NCBI GenBank assembly: GCA_947441895.1
Contig: CANEUT010000002.1
Span: forward strand, 1-33,900
Source of the DNA: Rickettsiales bacterium
GTDB taxonomy: Bacteria > Pseudomonadota > Alphaproteobacteria > Rickettsiales > UBA3002
Length of the DNA: 33,900 nucleotides
Direction of reading: 5' to 3'
Part shown: piece after piece, positions 25,407-33,900 of the stretch
Layout of the letters: every line of letters starts with the position of its first letter
Numbering within the stretch: the stretch's first letter is position 1
Notes under the pieces: generated by a model
The model's input: the letters and a program-made list of their open reading frames with translations, nothing else
What the model was told of the DNA's origin: nothing
Databases searched by the model: none
Made by a program: the position numbers and the translations under genes

Positions 25407-26554
25407 GATGTGTGGTGCGACAGAATTTCATTAAGCGTTGTGGCCACATACGCCAAATGCGATGGCGGAATATCGATATAAAACGGCAGTGACACGACGG
25501 AAGCCCCAAGCTTTTCGGTGATCGATAAATCACCATGCGGATATTTGGCATAAGCGGGTTGCACATGGCAGCCTTTATCCCACCATTGACGGGCTTTAAT
25601 GCCGCGCACCTGCAATTGCGAAATCACCAAATCAGCCGCAAGGCTGGGCAGGCGAATGTTGCAGGTGGTGCTCACCGCATCTTCTGGGAACCAGAGCAAC
25701 AGATGGTGCTTTTCAGCCACTGGCGCAAGGGCTGCATTGCATTGATCGGTCACATTCACCCATTGCTGGCGACGTGCCTCCCATTGGTCGAGCGCGGCGA
25801 GCGCCACCGCCGCCGTATATTCGCTCATTTTCGAATTCACGCCGGGAATAGAAATGCGGCGGGTGTAATAACCAAAATTGGTTTGTTCCTGCACATGGCG
25901 CAGCAGCGATGTATCACGCGAGACAATGGCGGCACCTTCACCCGCGCCCAGCACTTTGGTGGCATGCAAGCTAAACACCACCGTGGTTTTGCCAAAGCTG
26001 CTGTTACGGAAGCTATCAAAGCCCGACGCGGCATCCACCACCACGGGAATGGATGTTTCGGCGGTAAATCTATCCCACGCCGCCACATCAACCGGTTTGC
26101 CGAAGGGCGCCACCACAAGCACGGCACCAATGACCCCGTTCACCTCGGTAATGCGTTTTTTCACCTCGTCCGGCGAAAGCATCCATGTGTCTTCATTCAC
26201 ATCGATGAAATAGGGCGTCATTTCTGCGGCAATGGCAGAAGCGGGGGATGCGACAAATGTCCATGAAGGCACCAGACAAAAACTATCTTTCGGCAGATTG
26301 AGCGCACGCAACACGCTGGTGAGGCCAGCCGTGGCGCTTGATGCGGTGACCACATGTTCTGCCGTGAGGCCAAAATGAGCGCCCAGGCGCTTGCGCAATT
26401 CTTGTTCCAGCGGACCAAAATTGCTGTACCAGCGCGCCGCGTCGATGCGTTTCAAATAGGGCATAATGTCGGCCGCACTTGGCAGCAGCGGCCGCATTAA
26501 ATCGACCGTTTCAAAAACCTGCTCTTGGGGCTGCGCCATCGCCTGTGCTCGCAT
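25403..26554 (-). CDS. DegT/DnrJ/EryC1/StrS-family PLP-dependent sugar aminotransferase
   Basis: 383 aa. The context of the PLP-binding lysine is VVFSLHATKVLGAGEGAAIV, and the upstream pattern is VVDAASGF. There is a 4-nt overlap with the downstream gene. Confidence 0.85.
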   Translation of the reverse strand: MRAQAMAQPQEQVFETVDLMRPLLPSAADIMPYLKRIDAARWYSNFGPLEQELRKRLGAHFGLTAEHVVTASSATAGLTSVLRALNLPKDSFCLVPSWTFVASPASAIAAEMTPYFIDVNEDTWMLSPDEVKKRITEVNGVIGAVLVVAPFGKPVDVAAWDRFTAETSIPVVVDAASGFDSFRNSSFGKTTVVFSLHATKVLGAGEGAAIVSRDTSLLRHVQEQTNFGYYTRRISIPGVNSKMSEYTAAVALAALDQWEARRQQWVNVTDQCNAALAPVAEKHHLLLWFPEDAVSTTCNIRLPSLAADLVISQLQVRGIKARQWWDKGCHVQPAYAKYPHGDLSITEKLGASVVSLPFYIDIPPSHLAYVATTLNEILSHHTS

Positions 26555-26639
26555 GTTGTTCTTCCTTACTTAAAGCCACTCGCGGCTATTAAGCAAGCCT
26601 TGTGCCGACCCGCACAACCTACTGAAGAAATTGATTTTT

Positions 26640-27461
26640 CTATTTCCAATAATCCACAAATGCTTCGGCAAAAATATACTGGAACATGGGGTCGCGGTTT
26701 TTGGCATTGGCCGCATCGATGATGGGTTTGATAACCGATGCGGGCTGCTTAAACCAAATCCACAAGCGCGACGCCACGTTATAGATGGCGCACTGATACC
26801 CATGACGTTCAAACAGAATTTGCATGGATTTGTTGGTGTAGAATGAGCAATGCACCGACAGCAAATAAAACCAATCGGGGTTTTGCGGCACATGTTCCGC
26901 CACCAGCGTGTGCAGCACCATCACGCCATCATCGCTGACGAGATGAAAAATATCATCAAGCTGCGATGAAAAGCGCAAATGCTCAAGCACTGCCGTGTGA
27001 ATCACCGTGCTGAAGGCTTTGGGCTTCAGGTCTTCGGCGCGCAAGTAACCTTGCGCGGGGTTGCTGCTATGTTCGTATTTCTCAACCGCCATGCCATGGT
27101 CTTTTTCCAAAGCGGCGACTAATTTTCCATCACCCGCGCCATAATCCAACCAGCGGCCGTTGGGCAAAAGCCCGTGCGCCGCCACATCGCCCAAAATGGC
27201 TGATTGTGCTTCAAAACGCTCGAGCCAGCGCGGGTCTTCCGGGTTTACATCGGTGCCCTGATAGAGCGATACCCATTGATTGTTCAGCTTTTCCCACTGC
27301 TCGTTGGTCATTTCATAATGGGTGCGCGAAAAAACAAAACCGCATTGCGTACATTGATCATAGTCAATGTCACCGAGTGCAAATTGTTCAAAATGCTTAC
27401 GCATAAAAGGCGCCGATGCGCCACCGCAGACGATACATGGAATTGACAAGAGAGGCTCCAT
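26640..27461 (-). CDS. class I SAM-dependent methyltransferase with N-terminal Cys4 zinc-ribbon
   Basis: 273 aa. It has CIVCGG...CTQCGF, then motif I WLDYGAGDGKL and a downstream VIHTAVLEHL. Confidence 0.75.
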   Translation of the reverse strand: MEPLLSIPCIVCGGASAPFMRKHFEQFALGDIDYDQCTQCGFVFSRTHYEMTNEQWEKLNNQWVSLYQGTDVNPEDPRWLERFEAQSAILGDVAAHGLLPNGRWLDYGAGDGKLVAALEKDHGMAVEKYEHSSNPAQGYLRAEDLKPKAFSTVIHTAVLEHLRFSSQLDDIFHLVSDDGVMVLHTLVAEHVPQNPDWFYLLSVHCSFYTNKSMQILFERHGYQCAIYNVASRLWIWFKQPASVIKPIIDAANAKNRDPMFQYIFAEAFVDYWK

Positions 27462-27521
27462 TTTCTAGTGTTCCAAACGATGCGACGCTAACATGGCTTC
27501 CACAGAAAGGCTAGCGCTTCA

Positions 27522-29261
27522 ATGCAGTTCACCCAGCTCGATAAAATGGAAACCGTTGTGGTTGAAACACAACGCAATACGTTGCTGCTTGCTGATTACG
27601 CGCCCGGCGTTCACTGCACGCCACAAGCATTTTTTAAAAAAGAAGCCGACGGTTCGGTACCGTGGGTGGTAACCCGCGTGTGCGACCATGCCGGTGGGGT
27701 GCTGCAACCCTCGCAGCATGATGCGACAAAAGCCTATTGCCCGCTGCATAATTGGGAATTTGATTTTGATAGTTTGAGTTATTCCAAAATTCCCAATCAG
27801 CCATTCGAACATCTGGTGAAAAAACCGCTGCCATTTTCGGTGGAAAATGGCGTGTTGAGTTATGAAACTGATCGCTGCATTTTGCGGGTGCCCGCATCGC
27901 TCGCGCCTGACACTTCCAAACGCACCTATGCCACGTTGCGCCACCTTACCCATGCGTCGGTGATGCTGGAGGTGGATGGCATTAAAATGCTGACTGACCC
28001 ATGGTTCGTGGGCGAATGTTTGGCTGGTGGCTGGTGGTTGAAACACCCACCCAAAGCCGATGTGTGGAAACTGCTGGATGAAGTGGATTTTCTCTATATT
28101 TCGCACAACCACCCCGACCATTTGCACCCCGAAACTTTAGCGCGTGCCCGCCGCGACATTCCCATCATTGTTCCAAAATTCCCCACCCATTCGGTGGCCA
28201 CGCCCTTGCGTGCCATGGGCTTCACCAACGTGCATGAGCTAAAACTCAAACGCCTCTATCGCGTGAATGATACCGACTTGCTCATCAGCATTTTGCCCAC
28301 GGGCGACCACCGCGATGATAGCGGTTTGTTTGTCACCAAAGGTGATTTCTCCACCGTGATGACCGTGGATTGCGTGGGCACCAATCAATATGTGCTGCCT
28401 GAAAATATCACCATGCTACTCACCAATTTTTCCTCCGGCGCATCGGGCTGGCCACTATGCTATGAGGTGGTGGGGTCACTGGATGATCGCGCGAAAGTCG
28501 TTACCAAAAACCGCGGCACGGCCATGGTAGAGGTCATGAAATACATCGCCGCCACCAAGCCCAAGGCCTATATGCCCTATGCTGGTTTCTTTGAGGAACT
28601 GGCCCTGCGTGATGCCGAAATTCGGCAATATAACGTGAAGAATCCGCCCAACGTTGTGGTTGATAAGGTGAGAGCAAAATACCCAGACATCGTGGCGGTT
28701 AACCCTTGCGAACATGACGTGATGACGTGGGAAAATGGGGCCATTTCCACTTCGAATGTCAATCAACCGCCGCTATTTACCTATGATGCGGCAACCATCG
28801 CTCACTATCTGTCCGCGCAGCGTGATTTGCTGAAGTATTTTGATTTAGAAAAAGTCGCGGAATATTTCAGCCAGTCTGAATTCAAAGACGTGCTGATTGT
28901 CTATCTGGTTTTAACCGATGACCATTACGAACCCCAGGGAAAAAGCCTGAGGCTGGATTTTTCAACCCAGCCCATTTCGCACACCGTGGTTGATAGTGCC
29001 GCTTTGCTCGCTGAATTCAACGAAGTTGAACATTTAGATGGCAAGCGCCATCTGCTCATCAAAGCACGCACCGATAGCCTGTGGCAAATTGTTTATTTTG
29101 GCCGCCCGCTGGAAGAGCTCACGCTGGGCTTTCAGTGCCGCATTAACCGCAAGCCCGACCAATATAACGCCAGCTTCTGGAAGCACTACACTACCTATGG
29201 CGCGCCCATGCTGCGCACCGGCGAAGATCATTTGCTGTATAAACTCATGGAAGGCGCTTAG
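27522..29261 (+). CDS. CMP-N-acetylneuraminic acid hydroxylase (CMAH)-like protein: Rieske [2Fe-2S] domain + MBL-like fold
   Basis: 579 aa. The Rieske motif is CDH-x16-CPLH (C54, H56, C73, H76; nt 27681-27749). Long collinear matches to animal CMAH as I recall it are LTHASVMLEVDGIKMLTDPWFVGECLAGGWWLKHPP, FLYISHNHPDHLHPETL, NFSSGASGWPLCY, YMPYAGFFEE...YNVKNPP and LGFQCRINRKPDQYNASFWKHY. Confidence 0.8.
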   Translation: MQFTQLDKMETVVVETQRNTLLLADYAPGVHCTPQAFFKKEADGSVPWVVTRVCDHAGGVLQPSQHDATKAYCPLHNWEFDFDSLSYSKIPNQPFEHLVKKPLPFSVENGVLSYETDRCILRVPASLAPDTSKRTYATLRHLTHASVMLEVDGIKMLTDPWFVGECLAGGWWLKHPPKADVWKLLDEVDFLYISHNHPDHLHPETLARARRDIPIIVPKFPTHSVATPLRAMGFTNVHELKLKRLYRVNDTDLLISILPTGDHRDDSGLFVTKGDFSTVMTVDCVGTNQYVLPENITMLLTNFSSGASGWPLCYEVVGSLDDRAKVVTKNRGTAMVEVMKYIAATKPKAYMPYAGFFEELALRDAEIRQYNVKNPPNVVVDKVRAKYPDIVAVNPCEHDVMTWENGAISTSNVNQPPLFTYDAATIAHYLSAQRDLLKYFDLEKVAEYFSQSEFKDVLIVYLVLTDDHYEPQGKSLRLDFSTQPISHTVVDSAALLAEFNEVEHLDGKRHLLIKARTDSLWQIVYFGRPLEELTLGFQCRINRKPDQYNASFWKHYTTYGAPMLRTGEDHLLYKLMEGA

Positions 29262-29268
29262 GCACCCT

Positions 29269-30891
29269 ATGCTTCGCCTGACAGAAATTAAACTGCCGCT
29301 TGACCATGCGCCGGAAGCGATTGCCGCCGCCGCTATTGCGCGGCTTGGCATTGCCGCGAAAGACATGGTTTCATGCACCGTGTTTCGCCGTGCGCATGAT
29401 GCGCGTCGTAAGTCGGCCATCATGCTCATTTATTCGCTGGATGTGGAAGTGATGAATGAAGCGGCGGTGCTCAAGCGTTTCGCGCAGGATGTGCATGTGA
29501 AGCCCACCCCCAATATCGACTATCAATTTGTTGCGCATGCACCAGATAATCTCACCTCGCGGCCCATTATCATTGGGGCGGGGCCATGCGGTTTATTCGC
29601 CGCACTGTTGCTGGCGCAAATGGGTTTTAAACCCATCATTCTGGAGCGTGGCAAACTGGTGCGCGAACGCACGAAAGACACCTGGGGTCTGTGGCGCAAA
29701 TCGGTACTGCATACCGAATCGAACGTGCAATATGGCGAAGGTGGCGCGGGTACATTTTCCGATGGAAAACTCTATAGCCAAATTAAAGACCCGCGTCATT
29801 TGGGCCGCAAAGTGCTGACCGAATTTGTGAAGGCCGAAGCGCCAGCCGAAATTCTTACCGAAGCGCACCCGCATATTGGCACGTTTCGCTTGGTAAAGGT
29901 GGTGGAAAATATGCGCGCCCGCATTGAAGCGCTTGGCGGCGAATATCGTTTTGAATCACGGGTGACCGATTTGGATATTGCAACCGACGCGCATGGCAAC
30001 CGCCGCATACGCGGGGTGATGCTGGCCAGCGGCGAACATATGGCGGCCGACCATGTGGTGCTGGCCATTGGCCATAGCGCCCGCGATACGTTCGAGCTAC
30101 TGGAAAAGCGCGGCGTCTATATCGAAGCCAAACCGTTTTCGCTGGGCTTTCGCATCGAACATCCGCAATCACTGATTGATGTGGCGCGGTTTGGTGCAGC
30201 AGCGGGCAACCGAATTTTAGGCGCGGCCGATTATAAGCTGGTGCACCATGCCAAAAACGGACGCGATGTGTATAGCTTCTGCATGTGCCCGGGCGGCACG
30301 GTGGTGGCGGCCGCGTCGGAAGAGGGGCGGGTGGTCACTAACGGCATGAGTCAATATTCGCGCAACGAGCGCAACGCCAATGCGGGCATTGTGGTGGGCA
30401 TTACACCGGAGGCAGATTATCCCGGCGGACCGCTGGCGGGTGTGGCGTTCCAACGTCGGTGGGAATCGGCCGCGTTTATCGCCGGTGGTGGCACCTATGC
30501 CGCGCCTGCCCAACGGGTGGGTGATTTTATTGCCGGTCGCGCTTCAACCTCGCTGGGGCAGGTGGTGCCGTCCTACAAACCCGGGGTGACGCCGACGGAT
30601 TTATCATCGTGCCTGCCCGATTATGCCATTACCGCTATTCGTGAAGCGCTGCCTGCGTTTGGTCGCCAAATTAAAGGCTTCGACATGGAGGATGCGGTGT
30701 TGACGGGCGTGGAAACCCGCACATCATCGCCCATTCGCATTAAACGTAACGAAAATTTGCAAAGCCTCAACACTCAGGGGTTATTTCCTGCCGGTGAGGG
30801 GGCGGGTTATGCCGGCGGCATTCTTTCAGCCGGTGTGGATGGGATTAAAATCGCCGAAGCAGTGGCGCAAAGCATGCTCGGCACGCCATAA
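29269..30891 (+). CDS. NAD(P)/FAD-dependent oxidoreductase (COG2509-type uncharacterised flavoprotein)
   Basis: 540 aa from ATG 29269 (MLRLTEIKLPLDH...). The dinucleotide-binding motif is IIIGAGPCGLFAALLLAQ. Conserved later blocks are YSFCMCPGG, VETRTSSPIRI and LFPAGEGAGYAGGI. The 29038 start in the ORF track would overlap the upstream gene by 224 nt, so it is rejected. Confidence 0.8.
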   Translation: MLRLTEIKLPLDHAPEAIAAAAIARLGIAAKDMVSCTVFRRAHDARRKSAIMLIYSLDVEVMNEAAVLKRFAQDVHVKPTPNIDYQFVAHAPDNLTSRPIIIGAGPCGLFAALLLAQMGFKPIILERGKLVRERTKDTWGLWRKSVLHTESNVQYGEGGAGTFSDGKLYSQIKDPRHLGRKVLTEFVKAEAPAEILTEAHPHIGTFRLVKVVENMRARIEALGGEYRFESRVTDLDIATDAHGNRRIRGVMLASGEHMAADHVVLAIGHSARDTFELLEKRGVYIEAKPFSLGFRIEHPQSLIDVARFGAAAGNRILGAADYKLVHHAKNGRDVYSFCMCPGGTVVAAASEEGRVVTNGMSQYSRNERNANAGIVVGITPEADYPGGPLAGVAFQRRWESAAFIAGGGTYAAPAQRVGDFIAGRASTSLGQVVPSYKPGVTPTDLSSCLPDYAITAIREALPAFGRQIKGFDMEDAVLTGVETRTSSPIRIKRNENLQSLNTQGLFPAGEGAGYAGGILSAGVDGIKIAEAVAQSMLGTP

Positions 30892-30920
30892 TTTTTATCT
30901 CAACGTCGCGGGTCAGGTGA

Positions 30921-32126
30921 TTAGTCTTGCTGCCGCAAATAGTCGATCATGCCGTTGGCGGCGGCCACACCGGTGCTGAAACAGGCCTGCAGCAAATAGC
31001 CGCCCGTTGGTGCTTCCCAGTCGAGCATTTCGCCGGCCACAAAAACGCCGGGCTTTGCTTTTAGCATAAACGCATCATTTACCGCATCACGCGCAATGCC
31101 GCCCGCGGTGGAAATGGCGCGTGCCATGCCGGTCGTGCCAGTCAGTGTTAGCGGCAGGGCTTTCAGCCGATGCGCCAAATCGTCATTCACAGAAATAGTG
31201 GGGGTTGTTTCGTGCAATAACGAAATGGCCAGTGGCGAGAAATTGGCACTGCGTAAGAACGAGCTGAGCGATTTGCTGCCGCGCATGGAAAGTTTGCTGC
31301 TGAGCGCTTCAACGCTCATGGTGGGCCGCAAATCAATGGTAATGGTTGCGGTGCCCTCGCGCGCAATGGCTTCGCGGATGGATGATGAAAGCGCGTACAC
31401 CGCGCCGCCTTCCATGCCCTGTTCGGTAATCATCGCCTCGCCCTGATGGGTGACGCCCTGATGGGTGATGGCCACCGGCTTTAACGGTTGCCCACGAAAA
31501 CGCTCGCGGAAATAGTTCGACCAGTTGGCGGTGAAGCCACAATTGGTGGGTTGCAGCGGGGTGATGGCAACGCCTTGTTCGGCCAGTATGGGCGCCCAGC
31601 CGCCGTCTGACCCAAGGCGTGGCCACGAAGCGCCGCCAAGCGCAAGCAAGGTGGCGTTGGCTTTCACCAGTGTTTCATCGGTTGGGGTTGAAAAGCGCAG
31701 CGCCGACCCACTCCAGCCCTGCCAGGTGTGGCGCGGATGATAATGCACGCCCAGCTTCTCCAGCCGTTGCAGCCATGCGCGCAGCAGCTTCACCGCTTTC
31801 ATGCTGCGAGGAAAAACGCGGCCGCTGCTGCCCACAAATGTCTCCTCACCAAGGCTTGCGCTCCACACGCATAACTGGTGCGGCGAAAAAGCGTGAATGG
31901 CCGGTGTCAGCCAAGCGGCCGCCGCGCCATAATGGGGCAAAAAATCCTCCAGCGCATCGCTATGGGTGAGGTTCAGTCCGCCACGACCAGCAATCAGCAG
32001 CTTGCGTGCCGGGCTTGGCATGCGGTCATAGACATGCACCACATAATCGTTCGTTGCCAGCACTTCGGCGGCAATAAGCGCCGCCGGGCCCGCACCAATA
32101 ATAGCAATATTGCGAATGTATTTCAT
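30921..32126 (-). CDS. BaiN/HI0933-like (TIGR03862-type) flavoprotein
   Basis: 401 aa. The N-terminal motif is IAIIGAGPAALIAAEVLA and the C-terminal motif is GVFVAGEMLDWEAPTGGYLLQACFSTG, typical of this family. Confidence 0.75.
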   Translation of the reverse strand: MKYIRNIAIIGAGPAALIAAEVLATNDYVVHVYDRMPSPARKLLIAGRGGLNLTHSDALEDFLPHYGAAAAWLTPAIHAFSPHQLCVWSASLGEETFVGSSGRVFPRSMKAVKLLRAWLQRLEKLGVHYHPRHTWQGWSGSALRFSTPTDETLVKANATLLALGGASWPRLGSDGGWAPILAEQGVAITPLQPTNCGFTANWSNYFRERFRGQPLKPVAITHQGVTHQGEAMITEQGMEGGAVYALSSSIREAIAREGTATITIDLRPTMSVEALSSKLSMRGSKSLSSFLRSANFSPLAISLLHETTPTISVNDDLAHRLKALPLTLTGTTGMARAISTAGGIARDAVNDAFMLKAKPGVFVAGEMLDWEAPTGGYLLQACFSTGVAAANGMIDYLRQQD

Positions 32127-32225
32127 GCCATCTTCTTAGCGGATTCTCATGCCAAATCAATGGAACTCCAACGGTTCAAGCGTTGGTGCCTTTCATCGTC
32201 TAACCCACGATAGATCAAAAACGCC

Positions 32226-32981
32226 TCAGAATTTATATTTTTTCAGCAGCGCGAAATAGAGGGATGCGGGAAGCAATGACAGGAACTTCAATAATAATGA
32301 AAAGCGCTTGGGGAAATGAATTTCAAATGTTTGTGATAGCAACCCGTTCATGATGAAATCGGCGGCTGCTTCGGGTGTAATGATGCAAGGCATAGCAAAA
32401 TCATTTTTCTCGGTGAGGCGCGTTTTAACAAACCCGGGATTGATGATTTGTACGGCAATATCGGTGTTGGCCAAATCAGCCTTGAGGTTTTCTGCCAGAT
32501 GAATCATCGCCGCCTTGCTTGCACCATAGCCCATGGCGGAAGGTAAGCCGCGATAGCCCGCCACACTTCCCACCAGCGCAATATGCCCGCTGCCTCGGGC
32601 GATCCATGCGGGCAAGAAAGTCGATAAAACGCGCAGGGCACCACGGAAGTTTACATCCACCATGCGCTCAACTTTTGCCAGGTCGAAATGCTGGGCATCC
32701 ATGGGCTCATAGGTGCCCGCATTATAAATAACCATATCCACCAAAGGCCATTGTTGGTTGATCGTGGCCCATGCAGCATTCACACTCACGTCATCCGTCA
32801 CATCAAGCGGCACAACCAGATGGTTGGCGGGCGCGAGTTGGCCATACAATGATTGCAAACCGATAGCGTTACGCGCTGAAAGCACCACGTTTGCGCCTGC
32901 TTTGGAAAGCGCCAACGCGAGCGCTGCACCAATCCCCTCGCTGGCACCAATCAGCCAGACATGTTTGCCAGAAAGACTCAT
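32226..32981 (-). CDS. SDR-family NAD(P)-dependent oxidoreductase
   Basis: 251 aa. Motifs are the cofactor motif LIGASEGIGAALA, NAG, and the catalytic YGASKAA (YxxxK). Confidence 0.85.
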   Translation of the reverse strand: MSLSGKHVWLIGASEGIGAALALALSKAGANVVLSARNAIGLQSLYGQLAPANHLVVPLDVTDDVSVNAAWATINQQWPLVDMVIYNAGTYEPMDAQHFDLAKVERMVDVNFRGALRVLSTFLPAWIARGSGHIALVGSVAGYRGLPSAMGYGASKAAMIHLAENLKADLANTDIAVQIINPGFVKTRLTEKNDFAMPCIITPEAAADFIMNGLLSQTFEIHFPKRFSLLLKFLSLLPASLYFALLKKYKF

Positions 32982-33508
32982 AATTTATGGAAACTAATGA
33001 CAAGTTCACCAACCGTTAAGCCAAACTTACGCATTTTAGTGCGGTTGATGAGTGTTTTATCATCCAGCAAATACATCCAGTCATCCATCGATAAGGTAAT
33101 GGTGTCGCCGCTGGCGCGTTTGGCGTTGAGCGTGTATTTCATATTCACCGTATTGCCCTTCTGGCTGCCTTGCGCCTCACCAATCACATCCCCGGCCGTG
33201 GCGGTAAAGTTGTGATCGTCGGTGAATTGAATGTTCCAGACGCGGTCTTCTTTACGGCCATCGCTGTAGTTAAAATGTTCTGTCAATGTGCCGCTATTGC
33301 CCTTCCACTTCCCCACCATGGTGACATGAAATTGTAAATCGGCCTTGCCATGCATGTCGTAAAGAATGCCCTTCGCCTCAAGCGGCCCATTTAAATACTG
33401 GCGAATATCGAGCTTGGGAGTATTGGCGGCGTAATCATCGGTGGTAATGCTGCTGCATCCCGATAGCATTAAAGCAACGGTGCTTAATGCGGTGCATAGT
33501 CTTTTCAT
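32978..33508 (-). CDS. DUF3833-family lipoprotein
   Basis: 176 aa with a lipobox (MLSGCSS). The remainder (DIRQYLNGPLEAKGILYDMHGK...DRVWNIQF...) matches my recollection of DUF3833 proteins, which often sit beside SDR/MFS genes. There is a 4-nt overlap with the SDR gene. Confidence 0.65.
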   Translation of the reverse strand: MKRLCTALSTVALMLSGCSSITTDDYAANTPKLDIRQYLNGPLEAKGILYDMHGKADLQFHVTMVGKWKGNSGTLTEHFNYSDGRKEDRVWNIQFTDDHNFTATAGDVIGEAQGSQKGNTVNMKYTLNAKRASGDTITLSMDDWMYLLDDKTLINRTKMRKFGLTVGELVISFHKL

Positions 33509-33900
33509 AAGGCTCTCCTTGGGTTATCGATGGGGCTGACGACCAGTAAGATAAGTGCGGCACATTTAAAAACACAGGGCAATAATGCATATCCTAAAGA
33601 CAGTGCGTGCAGGCCCTGTGAACTTGCGACGTTTGGCGAGTAACCGAGATAGTAAAGCGCTGGCAATGCAATACCTGCCGCGAGCGCTAAAGTAAACTTG
33701 CTAATAAAATTCCAAATACCAAATTCCAGACCACCACTGCGCTCGCGCTTGCGAATGACGTCAGCCAGAATCGATGGCAGCAGCGTTGCATCACCGCCCA
33801 GGGAAAGGCCTGAAAGGAGACAAATGACAGCGAAAGGAATACTATCGCCCGCGCCGAGGCCATAGGCCCAGACGAACGACATGATGGCCACGGCCATGGA
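33505..33900 (-). CDS. MFS/GPH-family transporter, C-terminal part (continues beyond the window)
   Basis: The frame stays open to the window edge. It contains hydrophobic TM segments (FAVICLLSGLSLGG, FTLALAAGIALPALYYLGY, LLPCVFKCAALILLVV). There is a 4-nt overlap with the DUF3833 gene. Confidence 0.6.
   Translation of the reverse strand, partial: SMAVAIMSFVWAYGLGAGDSIPFAVICLLSGLSLGGDATLLPSILADVIRKRERSGGLEFGIWNFISKFTLALAAGIALPALYYLGYSPNVASSQGLHALSLGYALLPCVFKCAALILLVVSPIDNPRRAL

Noticed and set aside
29038-29268. Upstream 77-codon extension of the FAD-flavoprotein ORF given by the ORF track
   Set aside because: It would overlap the last 224 nt of the CMAH-like gene in another frame. The family-typical N-terminus MLRLTEIKLPL begins at ATG 29269, right after the upstream stop.

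Overview
This is a proteobacterial-looking chromosomal segment of moderate GC, read by eye only with no searches run. In order it contains the following. (1) The right edge of an integrated element: the 3' part of a recombinase gene runs 15 nt into an intact tRNA-Ser(UGA). Behind it lie three 5' fragments of a second, different tRNA-Ser. (2) A PEBP/YbhB gene and an initiator-type tRNA-Met. (3) An 11.8-kb island bounded by a perfect 24-bp direct repeat of the tRNA-Met 3' end. It carries three genes and no integrase: a 509-aa HD-domain protein, a 2500-aa ORF with an N-terminal DEDDh (DnaQ-like) exonuclease module and PIN-like motifs, and a tightly coupled 741-aa RecJ-like DHH/DHHA1 exonuclease. 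(4) A 1.5-kb visibly AT-richer mini-island holding a GAF + degenerate-GGDEF protein and a 17-codon integrase-N-terminus-like remnant. It ends at a third, degenerate copy of the repeat, next to an orphan LexA/UmuD-like S24 peptidase. (5) Core genes: an MscS-family channel and a full Phe/Tyr catabolic set (phhA, hppD, hmgA, FAH-family hydrolase, maiA). (6) A glycan-modification operon (two SAM methyltransferases, a TPR/GT41-like glycosyltransferase, a DegT aminotransferase). It is divergent from a full-length bacterial homologue of CMP-Neu5Ac hydroxylase (Rieske + MBL-like fold), which is followed 7 nt later by an FAD flavoprotein. (7) A second flavoprotein, an SDR, a DUF3833 lipoprotein and an MFS fragment. 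No CRISPR array, rRNA or IS element was seen. The best candidate for an undescribed system is the nuclease/phosphohydrolase trio in the tRNA-fMet island. The CMAH-like gene in its glycosylation context is the second most interesting item.
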